Assembly (NCBI GenBank): GCA_964016885.1
Contig: OZ024740.1
Coordinates: 992,001 to 1,056,000 of the forward strand
DNA: 64,000 bases
Source: Eledone cirrhosa
Lineage: Eukaryota
Direction of reading: 5' to 3'
Below the pieces are notes generated by a model. It ran no database searches. It was not told where the DNA came from and worked only from the letters and a program-made list of their open reading frames with translations. This document shows, piece by piece, positions 1 through 11,149 of this stretch; position 1 is the first letter of the stretch; each line of letters opens with the position of its first letter. A program made the position numbers and the translations under genes.

Positions 1-1010
1 ACGTCTCTGAACAGTTTCCAGGAGGTCAATGTTCCGAGCAAGATAGGGGTTCCAGACTGATGATGCGAATTCCAAGTGTGGTCGCACCATAGCTGTATAC
101 AGTTTTAAATAGATGGCTGGAGAGCGGCTAACAAAGGTCTTGCTGAGCGATGCCAAGACACCCTCGGCCTTCTTGACAATCTTAGAGACATGCTTTGTCC
201 AACGCAAATCGTTGCTGACAGTAATGCCCAGGTCACGTTCACAAGAGGACTTTTTGATGTCAGTGTTGTGGAGGGAGTATGTGGACGCTGGATTTTTCCT
301 TCCAAAATGCATGGTGGTACACTTGTCCACAGCCAGCTTCAGTTGCCAGTCTGCGATCCATTGCTGCATTGTGTCCAGGTCTGATTGTAGGAAAGAGTTG
401 TAAATTTCAGGATCAGTCCTTTTGATTTCAAGGTACAGCTTGATGTCATCTGCATATTTTAGTACCGTGGCATTCTGTAAGTTGGCATCTATGTCATTAA
501 TATATGCCACAAACAAAAGAGGACCAAGAACAGATCCCTGTGGTACACCAGATGACATCTCATATGGTGAAGAATGCTGTCCTAGAACCATGACTACTTC
601 CTTTCGGCTGAGAATGAAGGATTTCAGCCAGTCGAAAAGATCATCCCTCACACCCATTGCAGAGAGTTTTGCCATAAGTCTTTTGTGTGGCACAGAATTA
701 AAAGCCTTAGCAAAGTCAAGGTAAACAACATCCACCCATGAGCCGCTGTCAGTGATCCGGGTGATGTCCTCAAGGAACTCGATAAGCTGATCACAGCAGC
801 TGGAGTTAGGGATAAATCCAAACTGTGAGGGCCGGATGAGGCTGTGAGAGCTCCAGAAGTTCCAAAGTGTTTCTCTGACACAGGATTCCATCAGTTTGGC
901 CATACAGCTAGTAAGACTGACTGGACGATAGTTGACAGGTGACATGCGGTTGCCCTTTTTGAACAGGGGAATGACACTGGCAGTTTTCCACTGCTCCGGA
1001 GTAGCACCAT
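1..1010 (-). mobile_element. CR1/L2-group LINE reverse transcriptase fragment (runs off the window start)
   Basis: Minus strand reads WKTASVIPLFKKGNRMSPVNYRPVSLTSCMAKL, SGVPQGSVLGPLLF and VLKYADDIKLY. Same family as 46585-47740. Confidence 0.9.
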
Positions 1011-1915
1011 ATACTATTATTTGATTTGATTTAAAGAGTTCTAGTCCTTTAGAAGCCATATCCGTAATAAATATGGCATAGAATCTACTAATACCACTCA
1101 TATTAAAGTATTTTAGTCCTGTAGAAGCCATATCTGTATTCAATATTGGATACACACTACTATTTCATTCGAATTAATCAGTTCTCTGCATTTAGATTCC
1201 ATTTCCGTATTAAATATGGCATATAATCTACTAATACCCCTCATATTAATGAGTTTTAGTCCTGTAGAAACCATTTCTATATTAAATGTTGGTTATATAC
1301 TACTATTTGATTCGATTTAAAGAGTTCTAGTCCTTTAGATTCCATTTCCGTATTAAATATGGCATATAATCTACTAATACCCTCATATTAATGAGTTTTA
1401 GTCCTGTAGAAACCATTTCTATATTAAATGTTGGTTATATACTACTATTTGATTCGATTTAAAGAGTTCTAGTCCTTTAGATTCCATTTCCGTATTAAAT
1501 ATGGCATATAATCTACTAATACCCTCATATTAATGAGTTTTAGTCCTGTAGAAACCATTTCTATATTAAATGTTGGTTATATACTACTATTTGATTCGAT
1601 TTAAAGAGTTCTAGTCCTTTAGAAGCCATTTCTGTATTAAATATGGCATATACTCTACTAATACCCCTCATATTAATGAGTTTTAGTCTTGTAGAACCAA
1701 TTTCTGTATTAAATATTGCATATATACTACTATCTCATTTGAATTAAAGAGTTCTAGTCCTTTAGAAGCCATTTCTGTATTAAATATGGCATATAATTTA
1801 CTAATACCCCTCATATTAATGAGTTCTAGTCTTGTAGAAGCCTTTTCTCTAGTAAATATTGCATATATACTACTATTTGATTCGAATTAAAGAGTTCTAG
1901 TCCTTTAGAAGCCAA
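1011..1915. repeat. Tandem satellite, about 6.3 copies of a 142-143 bp unit made of two related ~71 bp halves
   Basis: 'actactat' recurs at 1156, 1299, 1441, 1583, 1726 and 1869. Both halves share 'gagttYtagtcctKtaga..ccatttc.gtattaaat'. Confidence 0.9.
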
Positions 1916-1929
1916 TAACCTTCATATTA

Positions 1930-2255
1930 ATGTGATGTAAAGAGAGGGTGAGAAATAAGCGGTAGATAGAGTAATAGACGTAAAGAGAGGGAGAGAAACA
2001 TGCGGTAGATAGAGTAATAGAAGTAAAGATAGCGGGAGAAATAAAAGGGAGATGGAGTAATAAATGTAAAGAGAGGTGGAGAAATAAGTAGTAGATAGAG
2101 TAATAGATGTGAAGAGAAGGTGAGAACTAAGAGGGAGATGGAGTAATAGATGTAAAGAGAAGGTGAGAAATACGAGATAGAGTTAACGATGTAAAGAGAG
2201 GGGGAGAAGGATGAGTTAGTTAGACTAGAATATGTAAAGAGAGGTGGAGAGTGTG
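1930..2255. repeat. Degenerate purine-rich minisatellite
   Basis: Repeated 'gatgtaaagagag..gagaaata...gatagagtaata' units of roughly 40-50 bp. Confidence 0.7.
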
Positions 2256-2359
2256 ACACACATTTATCTGTCTATCTCTCTATTTTTGCTCCTTCCATGT
2301 ATCGTCGTCTCTCACCGCTCCTCCTGAAAGCCGATTGCCGCGCCATCTTTGCTCTTTTT

Positions 2360-2496
2360 CAGTGACCTGGAACTAAGTAAAAAGAGTAGTAGATAACTCC
2401 TCTGGCACTATCGAGAAGAGCGGAGAGTCCGAGATTCGAAACCATGTAACATCGTAGCCCTGAGGTTAGTAAGCGGAGCTGCTACTGACTGAGCAA
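2360..2496 (-). mobile_element. Possible tRNA-derived SINE head or tRNA pseudogene
   Basis: Minus strand has A-box-like 'tgctcagtcagtag' and B-box-like 'ggtttcgaatctc'. No clean cloverleaf. Confidence 0.35.
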
Positions 2497-4436
2497 TCAA
2501 AGATATGAAGACAGGCAAGGCAGCTGGGCCTTTGATGATAGTTGTTGAGATGTTGAAAGCATCTGGAATGGTGGGACATACTATGGACACCCAGATAGTA
2601 AACCAAATAATACAGAATGGGGTCATACCAGATGACTGGCGTAGCAGCATCATCGTTAACTGCTACAAGGGCAAAGGAGATGTTCTAAATAGAGGAAACT
2701 ATAGAGGCATTAAGGTAGTTGACCAGGTCATGAAGGTCACAGAAAGAGTTATAGCACAACTAATCAGAGACAGAATTGATCTAGATGAAATGTAGTTTGG
2801 GTTCGTGCCAGGTAAAAGTACCACAGATGCTTTTTTCCTTGTACAGCAACTACAGGAGAAGTACCCAGTTAAAAGTAAACCCCTCTACTTAGCTTTTGTT
2901 GACTTGGAGAAAGCCTTAGACAGAGTCCCCCGCTCCATTATCTGGTGGGCCCTTAGAAAAGTAGGAGTAGATGAATGGCTTGTGAGAGCTATACAAGCCA
3001 TGTACAAAGAAACAGTCAGCAAGGTTAGAATTAACAATGAATATAGTGAAGAATTTAGTGTAAAAGTAGGTGTTCAGCAAGGCCCCATCCTTAGCTTCAT
3101 CCTGTTTATTATTGCCCTTCAGGCTATAACAGAGGGGTTTAAGACCAGCTGCCCATGGGAACTCCTATACGCAGATGATCTAACTCTCAAAGCTGAATCT
3201 ATGGCTGAACTAGAGAAGAAATTCCAAAAATGGAGGCATTGGCTTGAATCAAAAGGCCTTAAAGTTAACTTGTCTAAGACTAAAGGTCTAGTATGTAGAA
3301 AAGAAAATAGGGCACTGGTGCCATGCTCAGTGTGTAGGAAAGGAGTAGGAAGAAATTCCATTCTATGTCCCAAATGCAAACTATGAGTACATAAGAGATG
3401 TAGTGAGATCACAGAATGTAGATTTTATATGTGGCCGATGCTCATGTGAAATAAACAGCAAGTGCCCACAGGATACTAGCACCTTCTACTGCCCAGATGG
3501 TTCTATAGAAATAGTGGACACTTTCGTTCCCTGGGTGACAAAATCGGCAGTGGTGGAGGGTGCTCTGAAAGTGTAGTAGCCAGAGTTAGAACGGGATGGA
3601 AAAAGCTCAGAGAGCTAATACCGCTACTAGACACAAGTTTCTCTCTAAAAATGAAAGCAGTTTGTATGATGCGTGCATACGAACAACAATGTTACATGGC
3701 AGTGAGACATGGGCTTTGTGTGCAGAGGACCTGCACAGATTGGAAAGGAATGAGGCATGCATGATCTGTTGGATGTGTAATACACGAACGGCAAGACATA
3801 AACAAACTAAGTGATAAATTAGGAATAAGAGGGATCAATGCTGTTTACTTGAGAGAAGACTATGTTGGTATGGTCATGTGATGTGCATGAAAGATGACAG
3901 CTTTATAAAAAAGTGCAGGGTGATCAAAATTGATGGAAGTTATGGAGTAGGTAGACCCAGAAAAACCTGGGACGACATAAAATCCAACCTTGCATACTTA
4001 CACCTCTCTAAGACAATGTCACTGGATCGAGATCTATGGCACCACACAGTAACAGAGAAGGCCTGACTTCCCTACGTGCAAAGTTAACCTACAGTCAGTA
4101 GGGCCCTCCTAACCAAATATAAACCCCAACCCACAACCCATACTCCATCCTCCCACTCCCACAAACACCACCCTGTCTCTGTAAAGTTATGTTGGTACTA
4201 CAACATCCAGTCCAAACTAAAGAGGTCGTGTAGGTGTCATGACGAAAAGACTCCCAGTCCACACTGGAAATGTGGTTGGTGTTAGGAAGGGCATCCAGCT
4301 GTAGAAAACTTGCCAGATACAGTCCTATATGAGTGATACACGGTCACCCGATCAATCTTGCCTCAAGTAGGACGATTCCTGTCTAACCCATGCTAGCGTG
4401 GAAGATAGACATTAAATGATAATGGTGATGATGATA
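2490..4436 (+). mobile_element. Decayed RTE-clade LINE (RT, C-terminus, 3' UTR, GAT tail)
   Basis: ORFs 2505-2795 and 2805-3386 (NYRGIK, AFVDLEKALD, LLYADD) and 3878-4066 (GRPRKTW). Several stops and frameshifts. Inverted paralog at 41400-45385. Confidence 0.9.
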
Positions 4437-5189
4437 TATAGTGTATATAATAGTTGTAATGTCACTGGTGCCGATCTATATCACCCTTACCCTTGGACAA
4501 CATGATATATAGTCTATATATATTGGACAATATTATATATAGTGTATATGTGGTGTATATAGACAATATTCTATATACATATGTACATACACACTGACAA
4601 ACATATATATACATATAGAAGGGTCGGATGAGGAGTTCATAGACTAACCAAGTTACTCTCATGGAATGAGACAATGTATACACACAAATATATACTATAT
4701 ATATGTATACATACACATATATATTGTATAGTGAAGTCATACACATATTGTAATATCATGTTTTCAATTGTCAGCCAGGGAGGTACATTGAGCCCTAAAG
4801 CAAGACACATCATTCCACATGTCTCTAATCTCCACAGCTGAAAAAGACAAGTTTCAGCTTTAGTTGGAGGTTTAGCATGGGTTGGATCATTCTCTGCCTC
4901 CAACATTTTCCCTGCGGCCACAAACCCAGGCTTTACTACCTGCAATAGAGAGAAGAGAGAGATAGTTAAATACCGGGGCCTGACTAACCACTTCCTCTTT
5001 GTCCCCACACTGCTGATTTCCTTCTCAAAATTAGAAAGACAGCTGCCCACTTGAGGAAGGATGTTGCAGTTGGGGTCTCTGGCTATTCTCTATGGTACAC
5101 CTTTGCCATTTTGTCTGTATGGTGGGGCTGAATCACAGCTCAGACTGAAATATAAAATCTGTCCCTCTCCCATTATTTTCGTTGAATTC

Positions 5190-5370
5190 ACAGCATCGGT
5201 AGAGGGTCGGACGCTATGCTTTGAAGCATAGAGTTACCTCCCTTTATGATCGGAGTTCAAATACTGCCAGGGTTAACTTTGCCTTTCATCCTTACTAGGT
5301 CGATAAAATAAAGTACCAGTAATACACTGGATTAATTGCTGGCCTTGTGCCAAAAGTAGAAACAATTATT
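5190..5370 (+). mobile_element. tRNA-derived SINE, family A (octopus OK-like)
   Basis: B box 'gagttcaaat', core 'tttgcctttcatcct...ggtcgataaaataaagtaccagt', tail 'ggccttgtgcc.aaagtagaaacaattat'. Confidence 0.8.
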
Positions 5371-5519
5371 TTCGTTGTTTGATACGTTTTTTTCCATTAC
5401 TTAAATATTTTATTACCTTTAATAATGTGTTTTAGTTTAATATGAACAGTTATATAAAATTAATAACGTTATTTATTCAAATCTGAATAAAGTACTAGCA
5501 TATCTATTGAACGTATGAA

Positions 5520-5987
5520 TCTAAACTATAATAAAAGGAGGAGCGCGAGACTGCGTACGGTTAATAATTTTTTATCCCATTAGTAAAATAAGTTGGATTA
5601 CTTTGAATAAATAATGAATGAATATTATATAATTTATCTACTAAATTTCGTGGCTGTTGATTAAATATATTTTGTTTATTTAAAGATTCACTTCTTTAAA
5701 ATTTCTGAAATGTCAACACTTCCGGTTGGCCATCGCTTCAATAAACATTACTAATTTTCTGCTGATGCAGTTTATATATAATATCGTCTTTTTTAATGTA
5801 TCATGGATTACGTTACTGATTACATAAGACAGTGTAACACAGTCTTCGTTCAATTTCTGTGTATTATATTTTGTCAATTACGATTTTATTTGATGTATCA
5901 TATCTACATGTATATATACTTGTGTATAACATCAATATACACACTACACACGCTCGCAGAAAACCGCCCGAAGTGGTTTTCTGCTAG
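5520..5987 (+). mobile_element. Non-autonomous Helitron
   Basis: 5' TCTAAACTATAATAAAAG. 3' hairpin gcagaaaacc/ggttttctgc followed by CTAG. Inserted A|T; the empty site is seen in paralogs, e.g. 'gtgaattaatataa' near 24175. Confidence 0.8.
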
Positions 5988-6097
5988 TTCATATAACGGA
6001 AGTTGTTTCTGAATGTATTAAATTATATAGGGGTCTTTTAAGTTATGTCACCGCTGTCAACTAGACAGTCGAAAGATATCTACAATTGCTCCATCGT

Positions 6098-6161
6098 GTA
6101 TTTTGTTAAACATAAATGTGGATATAAGTTGTTATATCCACATTTATGTTTAACAAAATAC
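6098..6161. repeat. Perfect 30-bp inverted repeat with a 4-nt loop
   Basis: gtattttgttaaacataaatgtggatataa-gttg-ttatatccacatttatgtttaacaaaatac. Confidence 0.95.
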
Positions 6162-6976
6162 TTCTTTACATTTCTATTTCTTAAATATTTTATTTCCTTT
6201 AATAATGTGTTTTGTTTTAATATGAACAGTTATGTAACATTAATAATGTTATTTATACAAATCTGAATAAAGAACTAACATAAAGATTTGAAGGTGTGAA
6301 GCAATATAACTGTTTCTACTTTTGGCACAAGGCCAGCAAGTAATATAACGGAAGTTGTTTCTGAATATATTAAATTGTGTAGGGGACATTTAAGTCATGA
6401 CACCGGTGTCAACTAGACAGTGTAAAGTTACCATTTATATCAGCTCCATTGTTACAACTTAAACCTCATCTAATTTTATCGTTTATGGTGATTATTTCAT
6501 ATTAAGGTGGATGTTAATGTTTGTAAATAACATAAGGTGACTTATTTACCTTATAGTTGTTGTTTTATCACCTGTATTATTAAATATTGAAGTGGTTGTT
6601 CAACATTTTACAGGACAAGAAAATATTATTTTAATCAGAAATCAGTGAACATTTAGTTTTTGGTCTTGAAAACTAAAGTACGTATTATTTCGTTTTCCAT
6701 CACAACACAAACATTGTGAACTTTTCTATCTGAAGTGAAATATCTTGAATTATTACAACACCTACACACGTCTATTTCTCTCTCTCATACCACTATGTCT
6801 GTATATATATTAACCTTCGTCTTTTGTAATTATGGATATTAATTCTCTTGTCACCTGAACTGTCCTCAATAACAAGAACCTTAACTATAGAAGATCGATT
6901 CGTCTGTTTTATGAGCTGAGGATTTTATTGTGAATAGAGCTTCTCTCACCTTAACAAACACACACACATATATATA

Positions 6977-7256
6977 TATTACTTCAAAATATTAATAAAT
7001 ATAGAGATTCATGTGATCAAATATATTTTATTATGCATATTTCAGAAGTACTGAGCTATTTCATCAGTACGTCCTCATCAGATAAAATAAATTGATGTCT
7101 GACATACCTCAACTGTGCAGATGGTTCAATTACAGTCTATATTAATATTTTGAAGTAATATTAATAACTCCAGAAAACCTCACTGTTGAGTGCTTCTAAT
7201 CTATTGTAAAACTTTATTCATTGATTAATCAATGAACCTTGTTGAACTTTTGGTTA
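6977..7256 (-). mobile_element. Short non-coding Penelope-type (pLTR-like) insert in (TA)n, carrying a hammerhead
   Basis: Absent from the paralogous site (e.g. 19085-19135). 21-bp inverted repeat at 6977-6997 and 7140-7160. Tail resembles 34226-34260. Confidence 0.7.
7024..7089 (-). ncRNA. Minimal type I hammerhead ribozyme motif
   Basis: tattttat-CTGATGA-ggacgtactga/tcagtacttct-GAAA-tatgcaTA|ataaaata. Stem I 8 bp, stem II 11 bp with one mismatch, palindromic stem III. Confidence 0.8.
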
Positions 7257-7368
7257 TATATATATATATATAAGCACTTGCTTTTTCTTCATCCATCTTA
7301 TTACTTTACCAACTGAATGCTACATTTCTTAATATATGAGTGAAAGTGGTGAGATTCCTTTATGAAAT

Positions 7369-8064
7369 ATGTCTGAATATAGCTGTGAGATTTGCAGGAA
7401 AACTTTCTCTTTAAAATTGAAACTATCCTCACATGAGAAAATACACAGTAGAGAAAAACCCTTCCACTGTGAAATACGTGGGAAATCTTTTACTAATAAT
7501 TCTAATATTGTCGTCCACATACGGAGTCACACAGAAGAAAAACCCTTCCATTGTGAAATATGTGGGAAATCTTTCACCCAGAAGTACAATCTTGTACAAC
7601 ACAAAAGAACACACACAGGTGAAAACCCCTTCCATTGTGAAATATGTGGAAAATCTTTTTCTCGGAGTTCTCATCTTGAACATCACAAAAGAATACACAC
7701 TGGTGAAAAACCTTATTCATGTGGAATATGTGGGAAATCTTTTTCTCGTAATTTTATTCTTGTACAACACAAAAGAATACATACTGGTGAAAAACCCTTC
7801 CATTGTGAAATATGTGGGAAATCTTTTTCTCAGAGTTCTAATCTTGAACATCACAAAAGAATACATACTGGTGAAAAACCCTTCCAGTGTGAAATATGTG
7901 GGAAATCCTTTTGTAATAGTTCTCATCTTGTATATCACAAAAGAATACACACAGGAGAAAAACCTTATGTGAAATATGTGGTAAATCTTTCACTCAGAAT
8001 TCGTCACTGGTTGTTCACCTACGTAGTCAACAGTAGCGGTAAACTCCATCACTGTGAAATGTGA
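7369..8064 (+). CDS. Finger-only C2H2 zinc finger protein (ZNF copy 1), partly damaged
   Basis: 7 in-frame fingers with TGEKP-type linkers. Finger 2 has C>R (CEIRGK). A 4-bp deletion near 7968 frameshifts the 8th finger. Confidence 0.85.
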   Translation: MSEYSCEICRKTFSLKLKLSSHEKIHSREKPFHCEIRGKSFTNNSNIVVHIRSHTEEKPFHCEICGKSFTQKYNLVQHKRTHTGENPFHCEICGKSFSRSSHLEHHKRIHTGEKPYSCGICGKSFSRNFILVQHKRIHTGEKPFHCEICGKSFSQSSNLEHHKRIHTGEKPFQCEICGKSFCNSSHLVYHKRIHTGEKPYVKYVVNLSLRIRHWLFTYVVNSSGKLHHCEM

Positions 8065-8158
8065 AACAGACAAATATACAGACACACTTTGGAAGGAAGA
8101 ATATCAAATGTGAAGCTTGAGAAATCTTATACATCTCAACATATATGTTGTGTGTGTG

Positions 8159-8480
8159 TCATCATCATCATCACCGTTTTACGTCCGTTCTTCCACGTTA
8201 GCATGGGTTAGACGGGTTGTCCTGTTGTGGGCAGTGTCTGGTCGGCTGACCATGCCTTGCTCATACAGGAACTGATTTGGCTTGATTTCTACAGCTGGAT
8301 GCCCTTCCTAACACCAACCTCATTTACAGTGAGTGCTGGGTGCCTTTTCGTAGTGCCTACACGTCCACTTTACAGTGTGGGCTGGGTGCTTTTTTGCCGT
8401 GGCACCTCCACGACCACCTTGCAGTGGGAGGGTGTGGGGGCATATTGTCTATATGCTTCAGCTTGTACCCATGGGAGGTG
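8159..8480 (-). mobile_element. RTE 3' UTR fragment
   Basis: (CAT)n tail and UTR nearly identical to 15196-15510 and 25671-26000. Confidence 0.85.
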
Positions 8481-8524
8481 TGTGTGTGTGTATATATATA
8501 TATTTATTGTTTTTATTTTTTAAT

Positions 8525-8812
8525 ACATTACTCAAAGGGAAGAAATATACTGACATATGTCAAAGATTACCATAATGACTAGGGAGCGGAGGACAAGATA
8601 TGCTGGACATTGCTACTGAGGGTAGGATGAGCTGGCTCTTCTGGTGGATACCTAAACATTGTGAGACCCTAGTGGGATGACTGAGATTGATCTACATAGA
8701 TCAGATGTCTTAGGATGTTCAGCTGGAGATTAATGATCTCAGGAATGCCATGGAAGATCGTGACATCTAAAAAAGAAGAGTAGAATTGTTCTGGCCAATC
8801 CACCTGACCTAA
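8525..8812 (+). mobile_element. Old RTE-X-like LINE C-terminal relic shared by all four ZNF units
   Basis: Translates RERRTRYAGHCY...YIDQM..DV.LEINDLRNAMEDRD. Paralogs at ~22725-22955, 39222-39433 and 56158-56430(-). Confidence 0.65.
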
Positions 8813-8816
8813 TAAA

Positions 8817-9274
8817 TCTAAACTATAATAAAGTAAGGAGTGCGGGACTGCATATGGTTTATAATTTTTTATCGCATTAGTAAAATAAGTTGGATTACTT
8901 TGAATAAATAATGAATGAATATTACATAATTTATCTACTAAATTTTGTGACTGTTGATTAAATATATTTTGTTTTTTTAAAGATTTACTTCTTTAACATT
9001 TCTGAAATGTCAACACTTCCGGTTAGCCATCGCTTAAATAAACATTCATATATTTCTGTCACTAATTTTCTCCTAATGCAGTTTATATATAATATCGTCT
9101 TTTTTAATGTATCATGGATTACGTTACTGATTAAATAAGACAGTGTAACACAGTCTTCGTTCAATTTCTATGTACTATATATTGTCGATTACGATTTTAT
9201 TTGATGTATCATATCTACATGTATATATACCTGCGTATAATATCAATATGCACACTACACATGCTAGCAGAAAA
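8817..9274 (+). mobile_element. Second copy of the 5520-family Helitron, 3' hairpin truncated
   Basis: Starts TCTAAACTATAATAAAG and is colinear with 5520-5963. Confidence 0.8.
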
Positions 9275-11149
9275 TAATAATAATATTAATATATATTGAT
9301 AAACATTTATTATGGTGAAATATGTTGGAAATCATTCTCAGAGGTTTTCTATTGTAATTAACAAATACACCCTGTAGAAAGTACCCCTTCATATTATTTG
9401 TCATTAAGGGCTATTACAGAGACACAATCTCATTTCATTGTTGAGGGTGGTGGATTTGCAGAATCAGTAGTGTCAGACGATATGCTTTGTGTCAAAGTTA
9501 GTCCTTTATGTTCTAGGTTTAAATCATGCCATGGTCAACTTTGACTTTCTTCCATTCAAGGTTGATAAAAACAGTAACAGTAATGCACTGGGCCTGATTT
9601 AATTGGCATTCCCCTTTCTCTTCAAATTGCTGGCCTTGAGTCAAAAGTAGAAACATTTATTTAAAGTCTATAAAACAATAGATAGAATGTTTTCTGCCAT
9701 ATTTATCCTGGTTCTCTGCTCTCTGGATTTAAATCCTGCTGAGGTCAACTTTCTTTCGTCCATTCAAGGTTGATAAAAAACAATACCAGTCTATCACTGG
9801 GGTCTGTTCTTCCTCTCTATATTTCTATCTCATTTCCTCCCTCTTATTCTCTCTCCTTCTCTGGAAGAAATCAACTGTTCAAACCTGGAGAGTGAAGGGC
9901 TCCAACAAGCTTCAAATGTCCAGTGACACCCTTACAACTACATCATTAAAAAAAAACATTGATGTGTGTTTATTTTGTAAACCTTAACTGGTTTATATTT
10001 ATATTTATGACAAAATATCCACATGTGTAAATAAAAACAATTGCATAACTTTAATATTTGTTGGATGGTACTGTCATGACAGTTCAAATTTTGAGTTTTT
10101 AAAAAAATAATTCACATTTAAAAATACTTTACAACTTTCTTCTCTTTTTCTTCAGCCATTTATTTCTGAGAGGGTTGTAGGGGGTAGAGTCCACACACAC
10201 CCCTTCTAGGGGTAGAGTCCTCACACACCTTTTCTAGGTCATGTGTGTAAAATTTTCTCTTTACACTACACACACGCAACACATCACCCTGCACACACAC
10301 ACACCTCATCAAAACACCACACCACAACATAACATACAAACCAGGTAGTTATACCAACCCAGTATCTTGATTTTAGTGATTTTTTTTGTAATAAATCTCA
10401 ACATCTCAGGATCTTACTTACCAAGTGGAGTGGAACTCATCAGATTGGACCAAGGAAACAATGTTTCCATTGGTCTTTCCAATTGATGATAGAGAATATA
10501 GTTATTTGCCGTTGTGTTGCCAAACGATGCCAAAAGCCATTGACCTGCATCTTTGGTCAAGAAGGCCATTGGAGCGTCACTCACAGAAGCTGATACAGCA
10601 GCCAGCTTGACAGCCGATATAGGTAGCACTAACAATTATCACTACCATTAACAAGAGGAGGGCAGCAACAGCAACTGTGACAATAACAACTACCCCGCAT
10701 CTTCAGTTAAAGAAGACGTTCAAGCCCCAGCAACAGGCCTGGCAGCCCGAATAGGTAGCAGTTTCAACTACCACCATCATCAACAGGAGGAAGGCAGCAA
10801 CAGCAGTGGTGACATTAACAACAAAAACGTGTATACACCAATAACTTACCAGCAAACACTACCACTACCATTACCAAGAGGAAGCCAACTCCATCATCAG
10901 TGACAATAACAACAACACATATGTATTCAGGATTGAAAGACTCACCTTTGGCCACAAGGTTCTATGAGAAACTGCTAACATGCTCGCATGTATGCGTGCT
11001 GAACTCTGGGTCTTCCCACTGGGAACAACCCCCTGTTTTCTTTTTTGTACATTCATCCATTCCCTCTTTTATTTATTTGCTAACATTCTACCTTCATGCA
11101 CCCTCTTCTTTTCTCTCTTGTCTTCTGACGCCTCCATATCTGATATAGG

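Noticed and set aside
1011-1915. CRISPR-like array (also considered for 58441-59016)
   Set aside because: No unique spacers, eukaryotic context, no cas genes.
7429-7972. Alternative-frame and antisense ORFs over the ZNF genes (also 21384-22151, 56659-57349)
   Set aside because: By-products of the 84-bp finger periodicity.
9305-9390. Single finger-like remnant downstream of the ZNF units (also ~39475, ~53490)
   Set aside because: Too degenerate to call a separate pseudogene.
10414-10930. Short ORFs and CAA/CAG-rich tract as a possible gene
   Set aside because: Low complexity, stops in all frames, no recognisable domain.
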